A stretch of DNA of 64,000 nt from Lama guanicoe (GCA_013239625.1 MU053881.1:8083957-8147956); one strand, 5' to 3'. Shown: positions 13,535-27,559, counted from the stretch's first letter. The notes: generated by a model not told the origin, from the sequence alone. Made by a program: numbers and translations.

Positions 13535-14220
13535 TTTGTTCTTTCATTCCTCAGGTATTTGTAGTTGGCCTGTTACATATAAGAAATCATTCACGATTGT
13601 TAAGATGTTTAATATGAAAATAATTTCACAGAATAAGACACTGTCTTTGCACTTGGAGAACTCACAGTCAAGTGATGGGGAAGACTAGTAAACCAGTGGT
13701 TGCAGGACTGGGGCCAGGACTCTGTTGGGGGTAAGGACAAAGATGTGGGGAGGTCCAGTGAGACAGGCCTGATTCTGGCTTTACTCAGGAAGTGACATGA
13801 AGTGGGTCGTGAGGGGTGAATAGGAGTTCACCCAGGAAGGGCACTGCAGGCAGATAGAACAGCACGTGAAAAATCGCCAATCTGTGCAAAGGGACAGAAG
13901 TGTCTGGAAGAGTTGACGCTTGTCAGAGATTCATGGCTGGAGCACCACGAGTGAGAGGAACAGTGAAGAGAGATGAGGTTAGTGAGATTTGTGCGGTGGG
14001 GAGGCAGGAGGTAGGGAGTGACAGTCAGGGTGGCCTTGAATGCCTGATCCAAATGGCAATGGGGATCCACTGAAAAGCTTTTAATAGGGAAGCAGCGTGA
14101 TTAGATTTTTATTTCAGAAAGACATCTCCAACAACAGTGGGGAGGGTGGGTCCCCGAGACTGAAGTCAGGGTGGCCAGCAAGGAGATCTGTGCGTTTGTT
14201 GGAAGCTTATGGTCCTGAAC
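13535..14220 (-). mobile_element. L2 fragment, opposite orientation
   Basis: ggagaactcacagtcaagt...ggccttgaatgcc...ggcaatggggatccactgaaaagctttta...gattagatttttatttcagaaaga. Confidence 0.65.
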
Positions 14221-14643
14221 CAGGCAGGCAAACTGGACCCAAAGAGGCAGCAGCAAACTGCAGAGACCCGCGGGAGAAAGCCAGCAGGCCCCCCGGGGGG
14301 CTGACTGGACGGATGAGCTGAGTGCCTATCACCAGGGCTCATCGGGCAGAGGCAGAGGCCGCCTTCCAGGCAAGGCATCTCTGTAGACTCCGACAAGGGA
14401 AGAGCGCCTGCCTCTCGTGATGAAGGTGATGGTGCGCCTTGGAGGGGGGGTTTGGGGAAAAGCTGCCCGCAGGAGGCAAGCAGGTGCCGAGCATCACCTT
14501 CCCGAGGTGCAGCTGGTTTTCCAGCCTTTCCTTCTGTGGCTATGTGTGTCAGCTTCAGAGGTGCTGCTGGAGGAAGCTGGGCTGGACCCCAGTCTGCTGA
14601 GGGCTGCCCAAATGAGCTGTTTAAAGAAAGAGAGAGCATGTAA

Positions 14644-14795
14644 GTGGAGGACATAGCTCAGTGGTAGAGCGCGTGCTTAGCATGCACTATTCAATCCCCG
14701 ATTCAATCCCCAGTACCTCCATTAAGAAAATTAAATAAAACCCAGTTACCTTCCCACCCCCACCCCCACAAAAAAGAAGAGGAAAAAAAATTTTT
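14644..14795 (+). mobile_element. tRNA-derived SINE (camelid-type)
   Basis: A-box tagctcagtgg, then tagagcgcgtgcttagcatgcac, ttcaatccccagtacctcc and an A-rich tail. Matches the recalled camel/alpaca SINE head. Confidence 0.8.
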
Positions 14796-14849
14796 TAAGC
14801 ATTTGAAAAGTGTTTCCTTTCTTAAGAAAAAAAAATGAAGGGATGGCAG

Positions 14850-15000
14850 CCTACCTGCCTGCCTCCCCCTCCCCCCGTCCTCCCTTCTCTCCCTCCTTCT
14901 CTCCTTCCTCCCTCCCTCCTTCCTGCGCTCCCCTCCCTTCCTCCCTTTCTTCCCTCCTTCTTTCTTTCCCCTCTTCCATTTTCCATTCTTTCTTCCACAA
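14850..15000. repeat. Polypyrimidine (CCT/CCTT) low-complexity tract
   Basis: About 130 nt that are almost purely C/T. Confidence 0.85.
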
Positions 15001-16119
15001 ATCATCATTGAGCCCTTCCCCTCACCAGACCCCAAGCAAGTCCTGGAAATAAAAAGATGAATAAGCAAAGTCCCTGCTTTTGACACATTTCGTCACAGAA
15101 GGAGGCAAGCAGATGCACAAAGGGTGTATATAATAGGACAAACACTCGCCTAGAACACTCCTCTCTCTCTGCCCCACGGCCAACAGTGTAAGTACTCAAT
15201 GAATACTCGGTTGATTTATTTAAAGTAAATCCTCTGAAATGAGAACAAAAATAAAAGAAACTGGGAAGTGAGACTCCCTTGGTCTGGAAAGGATATGGCG
15301 CAGTGTGATCCCACGGCAAAGGGGTGGGGTGGTCAGCGCCCCTTCCCGCAAGTTGTGCCTGGACCTGGAAGGTGTATGGGTGACGAGGAGAACTCTTTCT
15401 AGGCCGAGACTGCAGTTTTGTAGACTGTGTTAGAGGTCCTCTGGCGGGCTTTGGGTATTTCTGATTACATCCTTCCCTCAGTGGTAACTGCCTGCTGAGA
15501 AGTTTTTCTCCTGCACCTGCCTGCAAGGTGTGTCGAGAGAGAATTTGAGTCTACCTTATTTACTGTTTTATTTGAAAGAGTTAGTTTTATGCCTGGTTCC
15601 TAGTAGGTGCTCAGTAAACAATGAATCCGTGGAGACTTTCAGGAGAAAGAGACTCCAGCACTTAGAGGACTGCTAAAATCCTGAGTGAGAGTGCATGATT
15701 GTGTCTTGTAACAAAGGAAAAACAGTCTGTAGAAGATAATGGAGACCATTATTCTAGCGCCAGCTCTGAAATTTACGATCTGGGACATTTTTGTTTGTGG
15801 GCAGAATTCTTTTTTTTTTTTTTAACCCCTTTAGGCACTAAATGCACAGTGAGCGAGGGGTTTAAAACAAGCATGTAGACCAGAACCATTTCTTTTCTGC
15901 GTCCTGGCAAGAAGGCACAATGATTCTGGGTCCCTCGGGGTTGGGTTCAGCAGTGTTAACAAGGCATTCACTGTTGGACTGAGCTTTTGCCTGGAGATTT
16001 GTGTCTTCAAAGAGAAATGAAGGGTCTTGAGAAGAGGGAAGGCGACTATTACGGACGGTGGAGATCACACTTCGAGACGCTACGATTGATGTTCTGATTG
16101 TTTATCTTATTGGAGTCAA

Positions 16120-16500
16120 TGTAGTGTAGTGATTGAGTATGAGTTTTGGAGTCAGGCTTGATTTTAAATTCTGAATTTGCTGCTTATGACTTCCATGACT
16201 TTGAGCAAGTGACTTACCTTTCTGAGCCTCAGTCTCCCAATCTGTAAAATGGGAAAAATACTAGTGAGGTATAAAACAGGGAAAGTATGCGTCTTACATG
16301 TGTGAATAATGCTTCTTTATGGTTCGCCCAAAGCCTTCATAGATAGTATCTCGTTTAATTAACACAACAGCCCTTCCAGATCGTTAGGGAAAATTGTATT
16401 AGTCTCTAGATATAGATGAGGAAGTTGAGGCTCAAAGAAATTCAGGAATTCTCCCAAGGCAAGCAGCAAGTCTGGAATGAGTCCGGAGTCTTGGTCAGTG
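16120..16500. mobile_element. Two MIR fragments in opposite orientations
   Basis: tgactttgagcaagtgacttacctttctgagcctcagtctcccaatctgtaaaatggg (+), then atagatgaggaagttgaggctcaaaga (-). Confidence 0.7.
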
Positions 16501-16714
16501 CTTTTCGAGTGGTTAGCCAGGAAAAGCTCTGAGGTTTGATCAGAGCAGAGAGATGGCTCATGGGAAACAGCAGGTACGGATCAGTGGGGGGCGTTTAAAG
16601 TGCATTTCTGCTTTCCAGCACCAGCCAAGACCCCAGGCAGGAACGAGCTGTGATGATCACCATTGGGAAAATATTTTTGAGAAAACCATCAAGATTGTCT
16701 GAAAGTGTGAGGTT

Positions 16715-17050
16715 TTTTTCTTTTTAATTAATAGACTTTATCTTTTAAGAGCAGTTTTAGGTTTACAGAAGAATTGAGTGGCAAGTATACAGTACACACC
16801 CCTCCTGTCCCCCAACACATGATTTCCCTGATGATTAACAGCTTGCATTAGTCTGGTACATTTGGTACCATTACTGACCCAATGTTGATACATTTTAACT
16901 ACGATCTACAGTTTACATTAGGGTTCACTCTGTGGGTTTTGATCAGTGTATAATGATGCACATACTACCACTGTAGCAGCATACAGAATAGCTTCACTGC
17001 CCTAAGAATTCCCCATGCCCCACCCATCCCTCTATTCTGCCAAGCCCTGA
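16715..17050 (-). mobile_element. L1MC-type 3' fragment
   Basis: atagactttatcttttaagagcagttttaggtttacagaagaattgag...gtttacattagggttcactct...catacagaatagcttcactgccctaa. Confidence 0.8.
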
Positions 17051-17877
17051 AGTGCGAGCTTCCACATGAACAGGTAAATCCCTTTGTGTCTTTCATAGCC
17101 CTTCATAATAGCTTATATTTATCCAATTTTTCAGACTCAGCACAAGTCTTCTTTTTATCTTCTTTGACAGAGGGTAAGGGACACCCTGCAGATTTAAGTG
17201 CCTGTAGAGCAAATCGGCAGGAAAGCCGGGCCAGCCGCAGCTTTCCCACTCAGAGCCTGAGGCAGGAGTGTGGGGATTTCTTCTCCCTCAAGGAAGACCT
17301 GTGTTTCAAAGAACCTGCCCAGGCCTGGGGTTATGTACAAACTGCAGTAAACTCCAGGATCTTTAGACGACGGTTAGTCAAACAAACCCTGACTCTTACC
17401 AACTATGTCATCTTAAGCAAATTATGTAACTCCTTCTTGGCCTCAGTTTCCCCATATGTTCAGTGGAAATAATATTACTCTCATCATGGTGTTGTTATGA
17501 AGGTTAATATAACGTATTATTGCTGCCTTTATTCCATCTCTGAGCATTAATTTGGCTCAGATCATCACATCTAATGGACTAAATCTTCCCTTCCCAGACA
17601 AATTCATGCCCAAAGAAAAAGGTTACCTTTATGGTGTTCTGTTCCGAACTCTGAAAATTCTGACTTCGTCACACCTTCTCTTATTTTTTCCAGTGGGGCT
17701 GCCCTATTCTGTGTATGGTTTGTAATAGGCCAGGTATGAAATCGTTCAGATAAAAAGAAGGTGCACCTTCCCTACCCTGTTCCTTCCCCCAGTCCCCATC
17801 AAGACTCAGACGGTACCCAAAGAGCCCAGGAGTTCTGGGTTTGGTCACAGATCTGCTATTAACTGCTGCCTATTTCA

Positions 17878-18330
17878 GACAGGCTGAATAATTACCCCTC
17901 CTCCCACAAAAGTGTGCACACCCTATTCGCTGGAATTGGTGACTGTGTACCCTAGGTGGCAAAAGGGACTTTACAGATGCAATTAAATTAAGGGTCTCAA
18001 GATGGATAGATTATGCTGGATTACTCCAGTGGACCCAGTGTGATCAGAAGGGTCTTTACAAGAAAGAAGACATGTGCTGAAGGCAGAGAGAGAAGGGACC
18101 ATGGGATGCAGGGAATGAAGACCCACCTATCCCGGAGAAAGCAAGGAAAGAGGTGCTCCCCCAGAACCCCCGGAAGGAACGCAGCCCTGCTTACGCCTCA
18201 GCGTTAGCCCAGTGAAGCCGATCTAGAGCTTCTGACGCCCAGAACGCTAAGAAAATACATTTGTGTTGTTTGTTGTAAACCGCTAAATGTGTGGTCATTT
18301 GTTCTGGCAGCAGTAAGAAACCAATGCTAA
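17878..18330 (+). mobile_element. MLT1 (ERVL-MaLR) solo LTR, MLT1C/D-like
   Basis: ggcaaaagggactttacagatgcaattaaattaaggg...ggaaggaacgcagccctgc...atttgttctggcagcagtaagaaaccaat. Confidence 0.85.
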
Positions 18331-19739
18331 CACTGCCCTCAGGCTGCCACCTAACCTCTTGGTCTCCGTTTCCATGTCTGCTAAACTCACTGACGTGTGT
18401 TGCGATCAGTGGATTTCAATGTGTGTTCTGAGAAACTCTAGCGTTCCAAGAGCCCACCAATAAAAGTAGCTTTTCAATAATCATAAAGTTTTAAATTGTC
18501 CCTTTTAGACATTAAGGTTCGACATAAGATTTGTATAATAAAGAGTTGTACTTTTTTTAAGGCTTAAAAAAAAATCACTGGAACTAAATAGACAATCTTT
18601 GTGGTTGGTTCAGGTTGTTTCGTGTGATAATTTTGAAACCATCTTCCATCAGGGAGGAGCGAAGCTTTGTCACTGAGACAAAACTCAGCAGCAGAATCAA
18701 GAAACCGGGGCCTGGTTAGGGATAGTAGAAAAGGGGGGTCAGAATGAGACCAGATCTTCATGCCTGGAAGCTGGATACCAAGGTTGAGGCCTGAGCTGGT
18801 CTTACCTTCAGAGAAAAGGAAAAGAAAAAGTTGGATGTTGACTGGGAGATGCTTTCTGGAATGGGGCTGAGGGATCTCTGCAGAGGGCCTGAGTTCAACC
18901 AGGTTTCCCGCACCATCTGCCTTTCTGCTCGCTGCAGCAGGACAACTGTGAAGCATCTCACGGGAAAGGCTGATTCGGGAAGGGGAGTTCTTACGGACTC
19001 AAGGGGGAAGATTTGGTCAGCCACAGTGCTCAAAAATTATTTGCTGGGTGAATAGAGGAGTCGTTTATGTAGGGCGTGGGACGATGGTGTTCAGAGCCTC
19101 CGAGAGCCTTGCCGCTGCTCGTGCTGGTTGTAGTCTGTTACGGGAGCTGGCGGTGCAGAGCCCCGTGTTGTCGGGGAGCTGACAAATCCACACACCCAGT
19201 GCCTGCCATGCGGGAGTAAAAGTACTTGGTTGTCTGCCACAAGCGTTCAGCTCTGTAAATGGACAGTGTGTTACAATGTGTCCGTTTAAAACGACAGCTA
19301 TTCTTTGCCATTGTTAACACCCTCCTTTAAAGCTGTCTCTATACCTAGTCCCCAGGCATAACGTGCAAACCTACATTACTTCTAAATGCCCATGATCAGT
19401 TCTCAGGTGCTCTGTCTGCCAGGAAAACTACCTCACCAGACAAATAAGTACCCGGTGAACAAGGCTTGGTTTATACGGTGCAAGGTCCAGGAGCAGTTCT
19501 GATATTTTATAGCTAACTGGCATTTTATTATGAAAGTTTGCGCTTCTTTTTCTGCTTATGGAGGCAGTACCATTTCCTGGGCTCAGGGATGGCGTATTTG
19601 TCCTGAGATTCCTTCTAAAGCCCATAGTAGCTGAAACACTGCTGTCTACCTCCCAGCCTCCACCCCACACCCAGGAGAAACAGAGGTTCTCTCAAGAAGG
19701 GAGTCGTGCCTCACACAGGTACTCTTTCTTCTGAGCAGG

Positions 19740-19990
19740 TAGAAAGTTCTGTTTATAGAGCCCTGACCATGTACCAGACACCATCGTATTAATTTCTGCC
19801 TATTATCTCGTTCAGTCCTCATGACAACCTTATGATTACTGTCATCAGTTTACAGATGATAAACCTGAAGCCCAGAGAATTGAAGTGATTCACCCACAGT
19901 CCCATGCTGATAATAAGTGGCCAAGCTGGAATTTGAACCCAGAGGGTTTATGTCTACAACCTGTAACCACTACGCAATACTGCCTAAGCT
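19740..19990 (-). mobile_element. MIR, near full length
   Basis: ctgaccatgtaccagacac...tttacagatgataaacctgaagcccagaga...ctggaatttgaacccag...taaccactacgcaatactgcct. Confidence 0.8.
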
Positions 19991-21819
19991 TAGAAAAGCA
20001 TTTAATGAAAATCAAAAACCGTGACCCAAATCCCACCTCCAGTTAAGTTTTGTTTCCTCTTTATGGGGTTTCAAAGATCAGTAGTACCTTTTGCTTGAGA
20101 GAACTGGATTTCCAGCTTCCCTGGAAAAATCATACATGTTAACCGTGGACGCTCAGTCCTGCCTGCGCATCACAGGCTGGAGCTGAATTGCGGCTTCTCT
20201 CTGAGATGCTCCTGTCCCCAGCAGGCCTGCTCACTGGTCCTGCAAGATTGTAGAGAACCCCCTGTGGCTGCACAGAGCCATCTTAAAGGAAGCGTTAGGA
20301 GCCCACCTCTTACCCTGGAAAGAGCCCCGGTCTTCGGTACAATAGCCGGGGTTTCTTCTTTGTGCTTCGCTGGTTGGGCATTGCTGCCCAACCTGAGCCT
20401 CCGTCTCCTCAAAAAAAGCTTAACCAAGCCATACATTTTCATGTGAAAGTTAAATGAGATGGTAAGCGGGAAGGACTTAAGCTAGAGCCTGGCACAGAGC
20501 AGATGCTCAATAAATATTAATATTCTGTACCCTACCTATCCACACACAACTTTCCACCTTCACAGACACAAAGACAGAATATCTCATGGCTGTGCTGTTG
20601 ATCTGCAGGGTTGGAAGAGAAGGGACGGTTTGGGGGTTTGGTTTGGTGGTCTTGGAGATTTTCTGTGATCTAGTGTGTTGAAAGTAAACCCTTCCATAAA
20701 GGATTATAAACGTACCTACCATGCATTGTCACATGGCAGCTGGACACTCATTCTGAGTGCTGTGTGAGGAGGAGCAGGAGGTGATGGGACGTCTGGCTAA
20801 CTGGAGAACGGGGGCTCCATCTCAGCATCACTGCTGGTCAGCTCCCGCAGAGAGGCACAGAAGCCTGGCTTTAACCACTATTTTTTCACTTTTCTGAAAA
20901 AGCAAGAAATTTAGATTTCTACATGAAATCATCTGATTTTGAAATATTGGCATCTAACGCAAAATCTCTTGAAACACTGAGTGTCTACACTGGGCAGGGC
21001 AGATCACACCATCTGTGGGTCAGATTCAGCCACGGGCAGAAGGTGCCTCCCACCCCCTGGGTGAGCCTGCCACAGGAATGGGGAGGTTCTGGAGGTTTGT
21101 CCCAAAGCCTCACGTTTCAATTATCTGATCCTCACTAGTGTGTTGGCAGGTCGTAGTGCTGTAATTCCTTAATCCAGTTAAAATCCACCTGTCTCCAAGG
21201 GCCCTGAAAGAGTATTTCTAATGGTGACAGTTAAGACAGTTAAGCTGGAGAAGGACAAATTTGGGAGCATAAACTCCTGAAACCGTACCGTGTGGATCGT
21301 TGCTAATTTCACCAAGTAGAGCGCTGACTCTCGACTTGAACTTCCCCTTCGACCACATTCCACGGTGTTTTGAGGCCAAATACTCTGCCAGGAAGTGGGT
21401 TTGCTGCATCAGGGTATGGCCCTGGCCCCTTCCTGAAGTGGATGCCTCTGCTCTGCTCCTTTTAAAGTCACACCCAGCAGTCATCTTCACTGAAGCATCC
21501 CAAAGCCTCCAGATCCCCCGGGACCGGCACATTCTTTAGCTTGAGTCATGGTTATTCATTTAGATAGACTGTTTACTCAATTCATGCACATCCATCTCTG
21601 TGCCTGCACTGTCGCCAGCATCCTCTCAACCCTGTCACTGCCTGCCTCTTCTTTGAGAAATGACCAGAGCTCACAAATCCTATAGGTCCCCTCCTTCCTC
21701 TCTCCCTGGCCCACCCTAGAATTTCTCTTCTTTTGTTTTTTAAAGTAATAATTATATTGTTTCCTTATAACCATGTGCAATGTTTCCAAATGTACTTTGG
21801 CGACCACCTGCTTCTAAAT

Positions 21820-21955
21820 CTCCTGGACCTTGTTAAGAATGCAGATTCCTGAGCCCTGTTAACGACTGAGTGAATCATAAATCCAGGTCAAAGCTCAAGA
21901 ATCTGGGTTTTTAACCCACTCTTCAGCTGGTCCAGTGTTTGAGAGCCACTGACAT
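21820..21955. mobile_element. MER5-type fragment
   Basis: cttgttaagaatgcagattcctgagccc...gtttgagagccactg. Confidence 0.6.
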
Positions 21956-23528
21956 GCTGAATAAGGAGTTAGCGCGGACATGAGTGAAACCTGGGTATGA
22001 GTCCCAGCTCTCCCTGCTGGTCTTGAGTAAGTGGCTAATTGCTGAAGCTCTGTTTTGTTCTGGTTTGGTTTGGTTCTTTTGTTCTTTTGTTTTCCCCAGG
22101 GAGACTAAAGGTCGTACCTAATCAGACAGTGTTTGTAAAGCAGTTAGCAGTGACACAGAGTGAGCACTTTCAATATTAGTTATTATTATCTCATTTAATT
22201 GTTGTAACAACCCAGTGGGGTTGGTGGTGGTGTCCCTTTTTTTTTTCTTATTGGTATGGAGATATATTTATTATAGATGTTACATGGAAAAAGCAAGAGT
22301 TACAAAACTGTAATAGCATCTTAACTACATAAACCATGTACAATATGTTTAGGGATCCATCTGGTTGAAAGAAACACTCAAATCAGCTTAAGAAAAAAAC
22401 AAAACAAAACAAAAAAAAAAAAGGGCACAAGATTCTCCCAGACCAAAGGCGGCAAGTGGAGAGGGCAGGATGATCCCATTTAAAGATGAAAAAAAATGTG
22501 CTCTCTGCAGAGTTAGGCAGTTTGCTGAGATTGCACACAGCAGAGCTGAAATTTGAATCTATGTTCATCTGACTCCAGTTGTTAACTATTCTTAAAACAA
22601 AAGTGGGAAATCCATCCAGAATTAAAATGAGGGCTAAAAGGCCCGGAGGATTGAAAGGGGGAGCACCTACCCCCGCGTGATGCTGGGCAAGTGTCTGTTA
22701 TGATGCTGGGCTTTCCCTGTGTGCCTTTAGGGGCGAGGGAGGCGTCGGCTGGGATTCGCATTGACTCCTTTTGTGCCTCGTGCCTCAGCCTTTGTAGCTC
22801 TTAATTTGTCAACCCCTTGGAATGCTGTCAGGGGAGGAGGTGCATTGGAGGGTGGTTGGAGAATGTGGGAGGGCCTCCCCTGGAGCAAAGCCAGAGAACA
22901 AAGCCTCCCTTTCAGGTCCATTCAGGCTTTTGTTTCCCCAAACAGTGGAGGGTGGAGGACCTCCGGTTTTCTTCAGAGCTTCTCCGTGCGAGCGCCCTAC
23001 CAGCTGCGGATGAGTCTGGCCCAGCTTTGGCCCTGACTGACTGCACTGCACCACGAAACATGGCCCCAGCGGGGGACGGAGGGGCGGGGAGAGGGGTTGC
23101 CATCTGCCGGAGGCCACTTTAGTCCACGCATCTTGCAGGGAGAAGGAAGAAGGCGTCTAAAACAAGAGATGTCGGAATTCATAGTGCTACCTCGAACTTA
23201 GTTACTCCACCAGGATGATTTTTTTTTTGCCTAAGGCTGGGGTGGGCAGGAAGGTGAAACTACTGACTGTTTCTGTGCGTGATAAGGAATTAAACTCATA
23301 CAGAATCCAGTCAATATATCGTTAAGATTTTTTAAAATCTGATTACCAAGCCATATATGCTCCCATTTAATTAAAAAAATGGAAGATACGTTTAAGGTAC
23401 ATTAATAAAATGTGAATATAGTTTTATACATGTATGTATTTGCATGGGAAATAAAGTCCAAAGGACGTAAACCAAGATTCTGTTTTATCAAGGTACAATC
23501 CACTTACCCTAAAGTGCACCCATTTTAG

Positions 23529-24295
23529 ACTGCCATCAAAAAGAATACAAATGACAACTGTTGGCAAGGATGTGGAGAAAAAGGAACCCTTGTACACAGT
23601 TGATGGGAACGTAACTTGGTGCAGCCACTGTGGAAAACAATATGGAAATTTCTCCAAAAAACTGAAAATAGAACTACCATAGGACCCAGCATTTCCACTC
23701 CTGGGTTTATATATCAAAACACACACACACAGGCACACAAACACAAATTTGAAAAAATACATACACCCCAGTGTTCACAGCAGGATTATTTACAATTGCC
23801 AAGGTACAGAAGCAACCTAAGTGTCCATCAGTAGATGAATAGATGAAGATGTGGTGTATATATATGCAGTGGAATATTACTCAGCTGTTAAAAAAACCAA
23901 AGTTTTGCTGTTTGCAGCAACATGCATGGACTTGAAGGGCATTATGCTAAGTGAAATAAGTCAGACAGAGCAAAACGAATACTGTATGATATCATGTACA
24001 TGTGGAATCTAAAAAATACAACAAACTAGTGAATGTAACAAAAAGGAAGCAGACTCACAGAGAACAAGCTAGTGGTTACCAGTTGGCGGGGGAGGGACAA
24101 TACAGACGTGGGGGGAAGTGGAAAGTACAAATTATTAGGTATAAAATAAGCTACAAGGATATATTTTTCAACATGGGGAATGTAGCCAATATTTTGTAGT
24201 AACTATAAATGGAAAGTAACCTTTAAAAATTGTATAAATGTTTTTAATATATTATAAATCAACTATGCTTCGATAAAGAAAGCAGTAACAAAAAA
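23529..24295 (+). mobile_element. 5'-truncated L1 (ORF2 end plus 3'UTR) flanked by a TSD
   Basis: tgttggcaaggatgtggagaaaaaggaaccc...ttggtgcagccactgtggaaaac...cattatgctaagtgaaataagtcagacagag...aaatcaactat; TSD tgcacccatttt at 23515-23526 and 24296-24307. Confidence 0.9.
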
Positions 24296-24710
24296 TGCAC
24301 CCATTTTTAACTCCACAGTTCAACACATTTTCACAAGTCTGTTGTGATGGACTCAGAATGTGCTTTGCATCTCGGCAGAGTCAGTCCCCTCTCCCGTGCC
24401 TCAGCCCTGGCAGCCACCAGCCTGCTCTGTGTCACTCTCCGTAGTTTTATCTGTAGAACCAGTTCATGTAAATGGACTCATGCAGTATGATGTCTTGTGT
24501 ATTCAGCTTCTCTCACTCAGCGTAGTATTTTGAAATTCATCTTACGTTCTATTGTCTGAGAAATACTCCACCGTACGGATATCCGACAATCCGTTTATCC
24601 ATACCCCTGCTGATGGGCACTTAGATTGTTTCCAGGTTTTAATTGTGAATAAAACTGCATGAACATTCACTTTTGTTTTCATTTCTCTTGAATAAACACC
24701 TAAGTGATTT
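24296..24710 (-). mobile_element. Older L1MB/ME 3' fragment interrupted by the L1 above
   Basis: gtaaatggactcatgcagtatg...cttctctcactcagcgta...gctgatgggcacttagattgtttccagg. Confidence 0.7.
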
Positions 24711-27559
24711 TATTTTTTTTTTAACTTTACCTGTGTTTTAAATATTTCTACAATGAACATACATTACTTAAAAACGACAATAGCAAATGCCAGAGGAGGG
24801 AGAACCTGCCCTATGTCCATGGTTTGAGAAAGCTCACATGAGTTGGGAAAGAAAGCTCTAATCAATATATTTTCTTCATGCCAGGGCAGTGCATCCCACT
24901 TCTTCCCATGAAATATAGATGTGATTGCAAAGATTTCTTTTCTTGAGTGCTTGGTAAGAGTTTATAGGACATGAGCTGGCAAAGGTGCGGGGCAGTGTTT
25001 CACACAGACGGTGGGCGTGTCGCTTGGTTTAACCCCCTTCACGAGGAATCTGGCAGCAGCTATCCAAGTCGAAAATACACATACTCCTCAATCCATCCAT
25101 TTAACTTTTATGAGTTTATTTAAAAAAATAAACTCATCCAAGTCCCCAAAAGGTGTATAGGTCAGCGTCATTGGTAGAGAAAATGTCTTGGGAGCCACCT
25201 AAACGTCCATCGAGAGGACACTAGTGAGATGAATCATGGTGTGTCGTTCCCTGGACTATTACAGGGTAGCTAAGGGCCGTGAGAGTAATCTTTAAAGGTA
25301 ACACAGAACAGCATCCAAAGCTGATAAATGAGAACACAAGATGCAAGAGAGTTGTTGCCTTTTTTTTTTTTTAACCATCGTTGCTTTTAAAAGTGCATGC
25401 TTGTATTTGTTCTCATTGGCTTTTAGATTTGAGAAATTTTTTTTTGGACAAATTTCTAGAAAATTCTGCAAGTAGTTGCTGCTGGGGAAGCAAAGTGCGG
25501 AACTGGAGGGACAGGGCGGGAGAGGGTGTCGCTTTTTCCTCCGGACTCTTTGAGGCTCCCTGAACTTCCCTTTATCGTGTGCATATATTTATATACTAAA
25601 AAAAATTTTCTGTGAGTTAAAGGAACCCATCTGATCTCAACCCAGAGAATGGGAGCACTCCTATTTCACCTGATTCTCTGGTACGAGGTACCAGAGTGTG
25701 CTTTTCTGAGCAAGAACTCACAAGACTCTGAGCTGGCCGTGCCCCCAGGCCGCCTGTCTCTGTCCCGGCTGACCCTCCGTAACTGGAAACTGTGATCATT
25801 ACCATTTGCATAAGTACCACCGCATTGACCCCTGGTCCTGGCTGCCGGTTTTGAATGAGGGGAATTATTTGTATTCCACGGGCATCTCTGACTGTGGCCT
25901 TGACCAGCCCTGAGATATCTTGCAACAACGAATCACCAGCAGCCAACCCCCTGACCTTTGGAAAATGAATTTGCCTGCCGTTGGGCGGCCTCAGTTCTCT
26001 TGCCCAAGTAAAATGTCAATTAGATCACCTCCTGAATATCGCTTTTGTCTACTTAAGCATATTCAGCCCACCAACCTGCAAATGTTTGCTTGAGTCTTTC
26101 TGAAATAAGACTCCACACCCAAATTCAGAGTGCATTCTGCGCGGTCACTGAAAGCAACCAGGGCGTCGATTCACGGGAAAGGTACAGATGTGGAGCCGTT
26201 GTGCAGTTGTCAGGCGCAGCAAACTCTGCTGTTTAATTTGGGTCCATGAGCATTTTGGGTCTTGGAGCATTTTGTTTCATGCGTGGTGTTTTTTTCCTTC
26301 CTTCCTGGCACACATGGTTACCCAAGCCAGACAATGAAGAAGATAAGACCCAGCTTTCTCTTAGATGATCTTTGGGAGTTATGGATGAGAAAGAAATGAA
26401 TGGGGAGGAGGGTGTGGCTGGGTGCTGGTGGTTCAACCCAGAATAACAGAGAAAGAGGACCCCGCCAGGCAGTGAAACCTCAATTTAACTGTCATCAGTT
26501 TCTGGAGTTTTCTGCACTCAAAATTTAAGACATTTCATAGGGATTTAAACAAAAGGGACTTTCCACAAATTCCCGTAAGCAGAGTCTCCCTGCCCCCATT
26601 CCCTTTAATCTGCTTTTACTGTTCATGCCTTGTTTTAAATATCCCAAGGGATTCCTTTGGCCTGGTGTCCGGCCAAGCCGGCTGCAGGGAAAATACATAG
26701 ACCACGAAGCCAAGATTCTACACTTTGCTTTAGAAATGGTCCTATTTTATTCTCTCTCAAAAGAGAAGGCTCGTCTCTCCGAATTGCATCTCCTGTAGCT
26801 CGTTAAGTGATGTTCTCGCTGTAGCCCCAGTTGCTATTGTTAAAAAAAAAAAAAAAAGGCCCATCGTCTCCCTGCACACTAAGTTCCCAAGGCCCCCAGG
26901 CTAGGGGTTCCGGCTTTGAATTTTAAGGGGCTTCCTTATCATGCATCTCAAAGTTCGGATGGTTTGAATCAGCCTCTTCCTGGGGCCTCTGTCCATGTCT
27001 CAGGCCATCTTAAAGTGAATGCTGGCGTTCAGCTCCCTTTGGGGTCCGTTGTGAAGGTGCTTCACAGCCTCTGCACCTTGCTGGCAGTTAAGGTGGCCCT
27101 TGTACGGTTTGGAGAGCCTGCGGGCAGGCAGTGTAACTGAGCTGTGGCTGCACAGAACTACTCAGCTGGATTGCTCGTCACAGAAGCCACCGCAATGAAC
27201 TATCCACCCAAGACAGTTTTCTGGAATCAGCTCCTTAATGCAGTTAGATTTCCCGAAATGAATTCTTCTCTTTGCCCGCCCTACTCCTGAGACCAGAGTG
27301 AGCTGTGCCTTTGTACTAAGTGGTCTGGCTGGCATTACGGCTCCTCTGCTGCCATCAGTCCCGCTGCCTGTTGAATGGAGGACTTGGGATTCGGGTCGCT
27401 CTACTTAGAGTCATAGACTTGCCAAGCTAGAAAGAGACTTGAAGAAAACACTGTCCACACCTCTCCTTGGAAAAATGTGGTGATTACACTTGTCCAGGAT
27501 CATTCAGACCACAAGCAGGAGTTGTAGCCAAAACCTGGGTCCCCGTGACCTGTGTCCGG

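Noticed and set aside
14644..14720. Apparent tRNA gene
   Set aside because: Lacks an intact T-arm and acceptor stem and has an A-rich tail, so it is a SINE head.
23616..24199. ORFs resembling the L1 ORF2 C-terminus
   Set aside because: Fragmented remnants of a 5'-truncated L1, not a gene.
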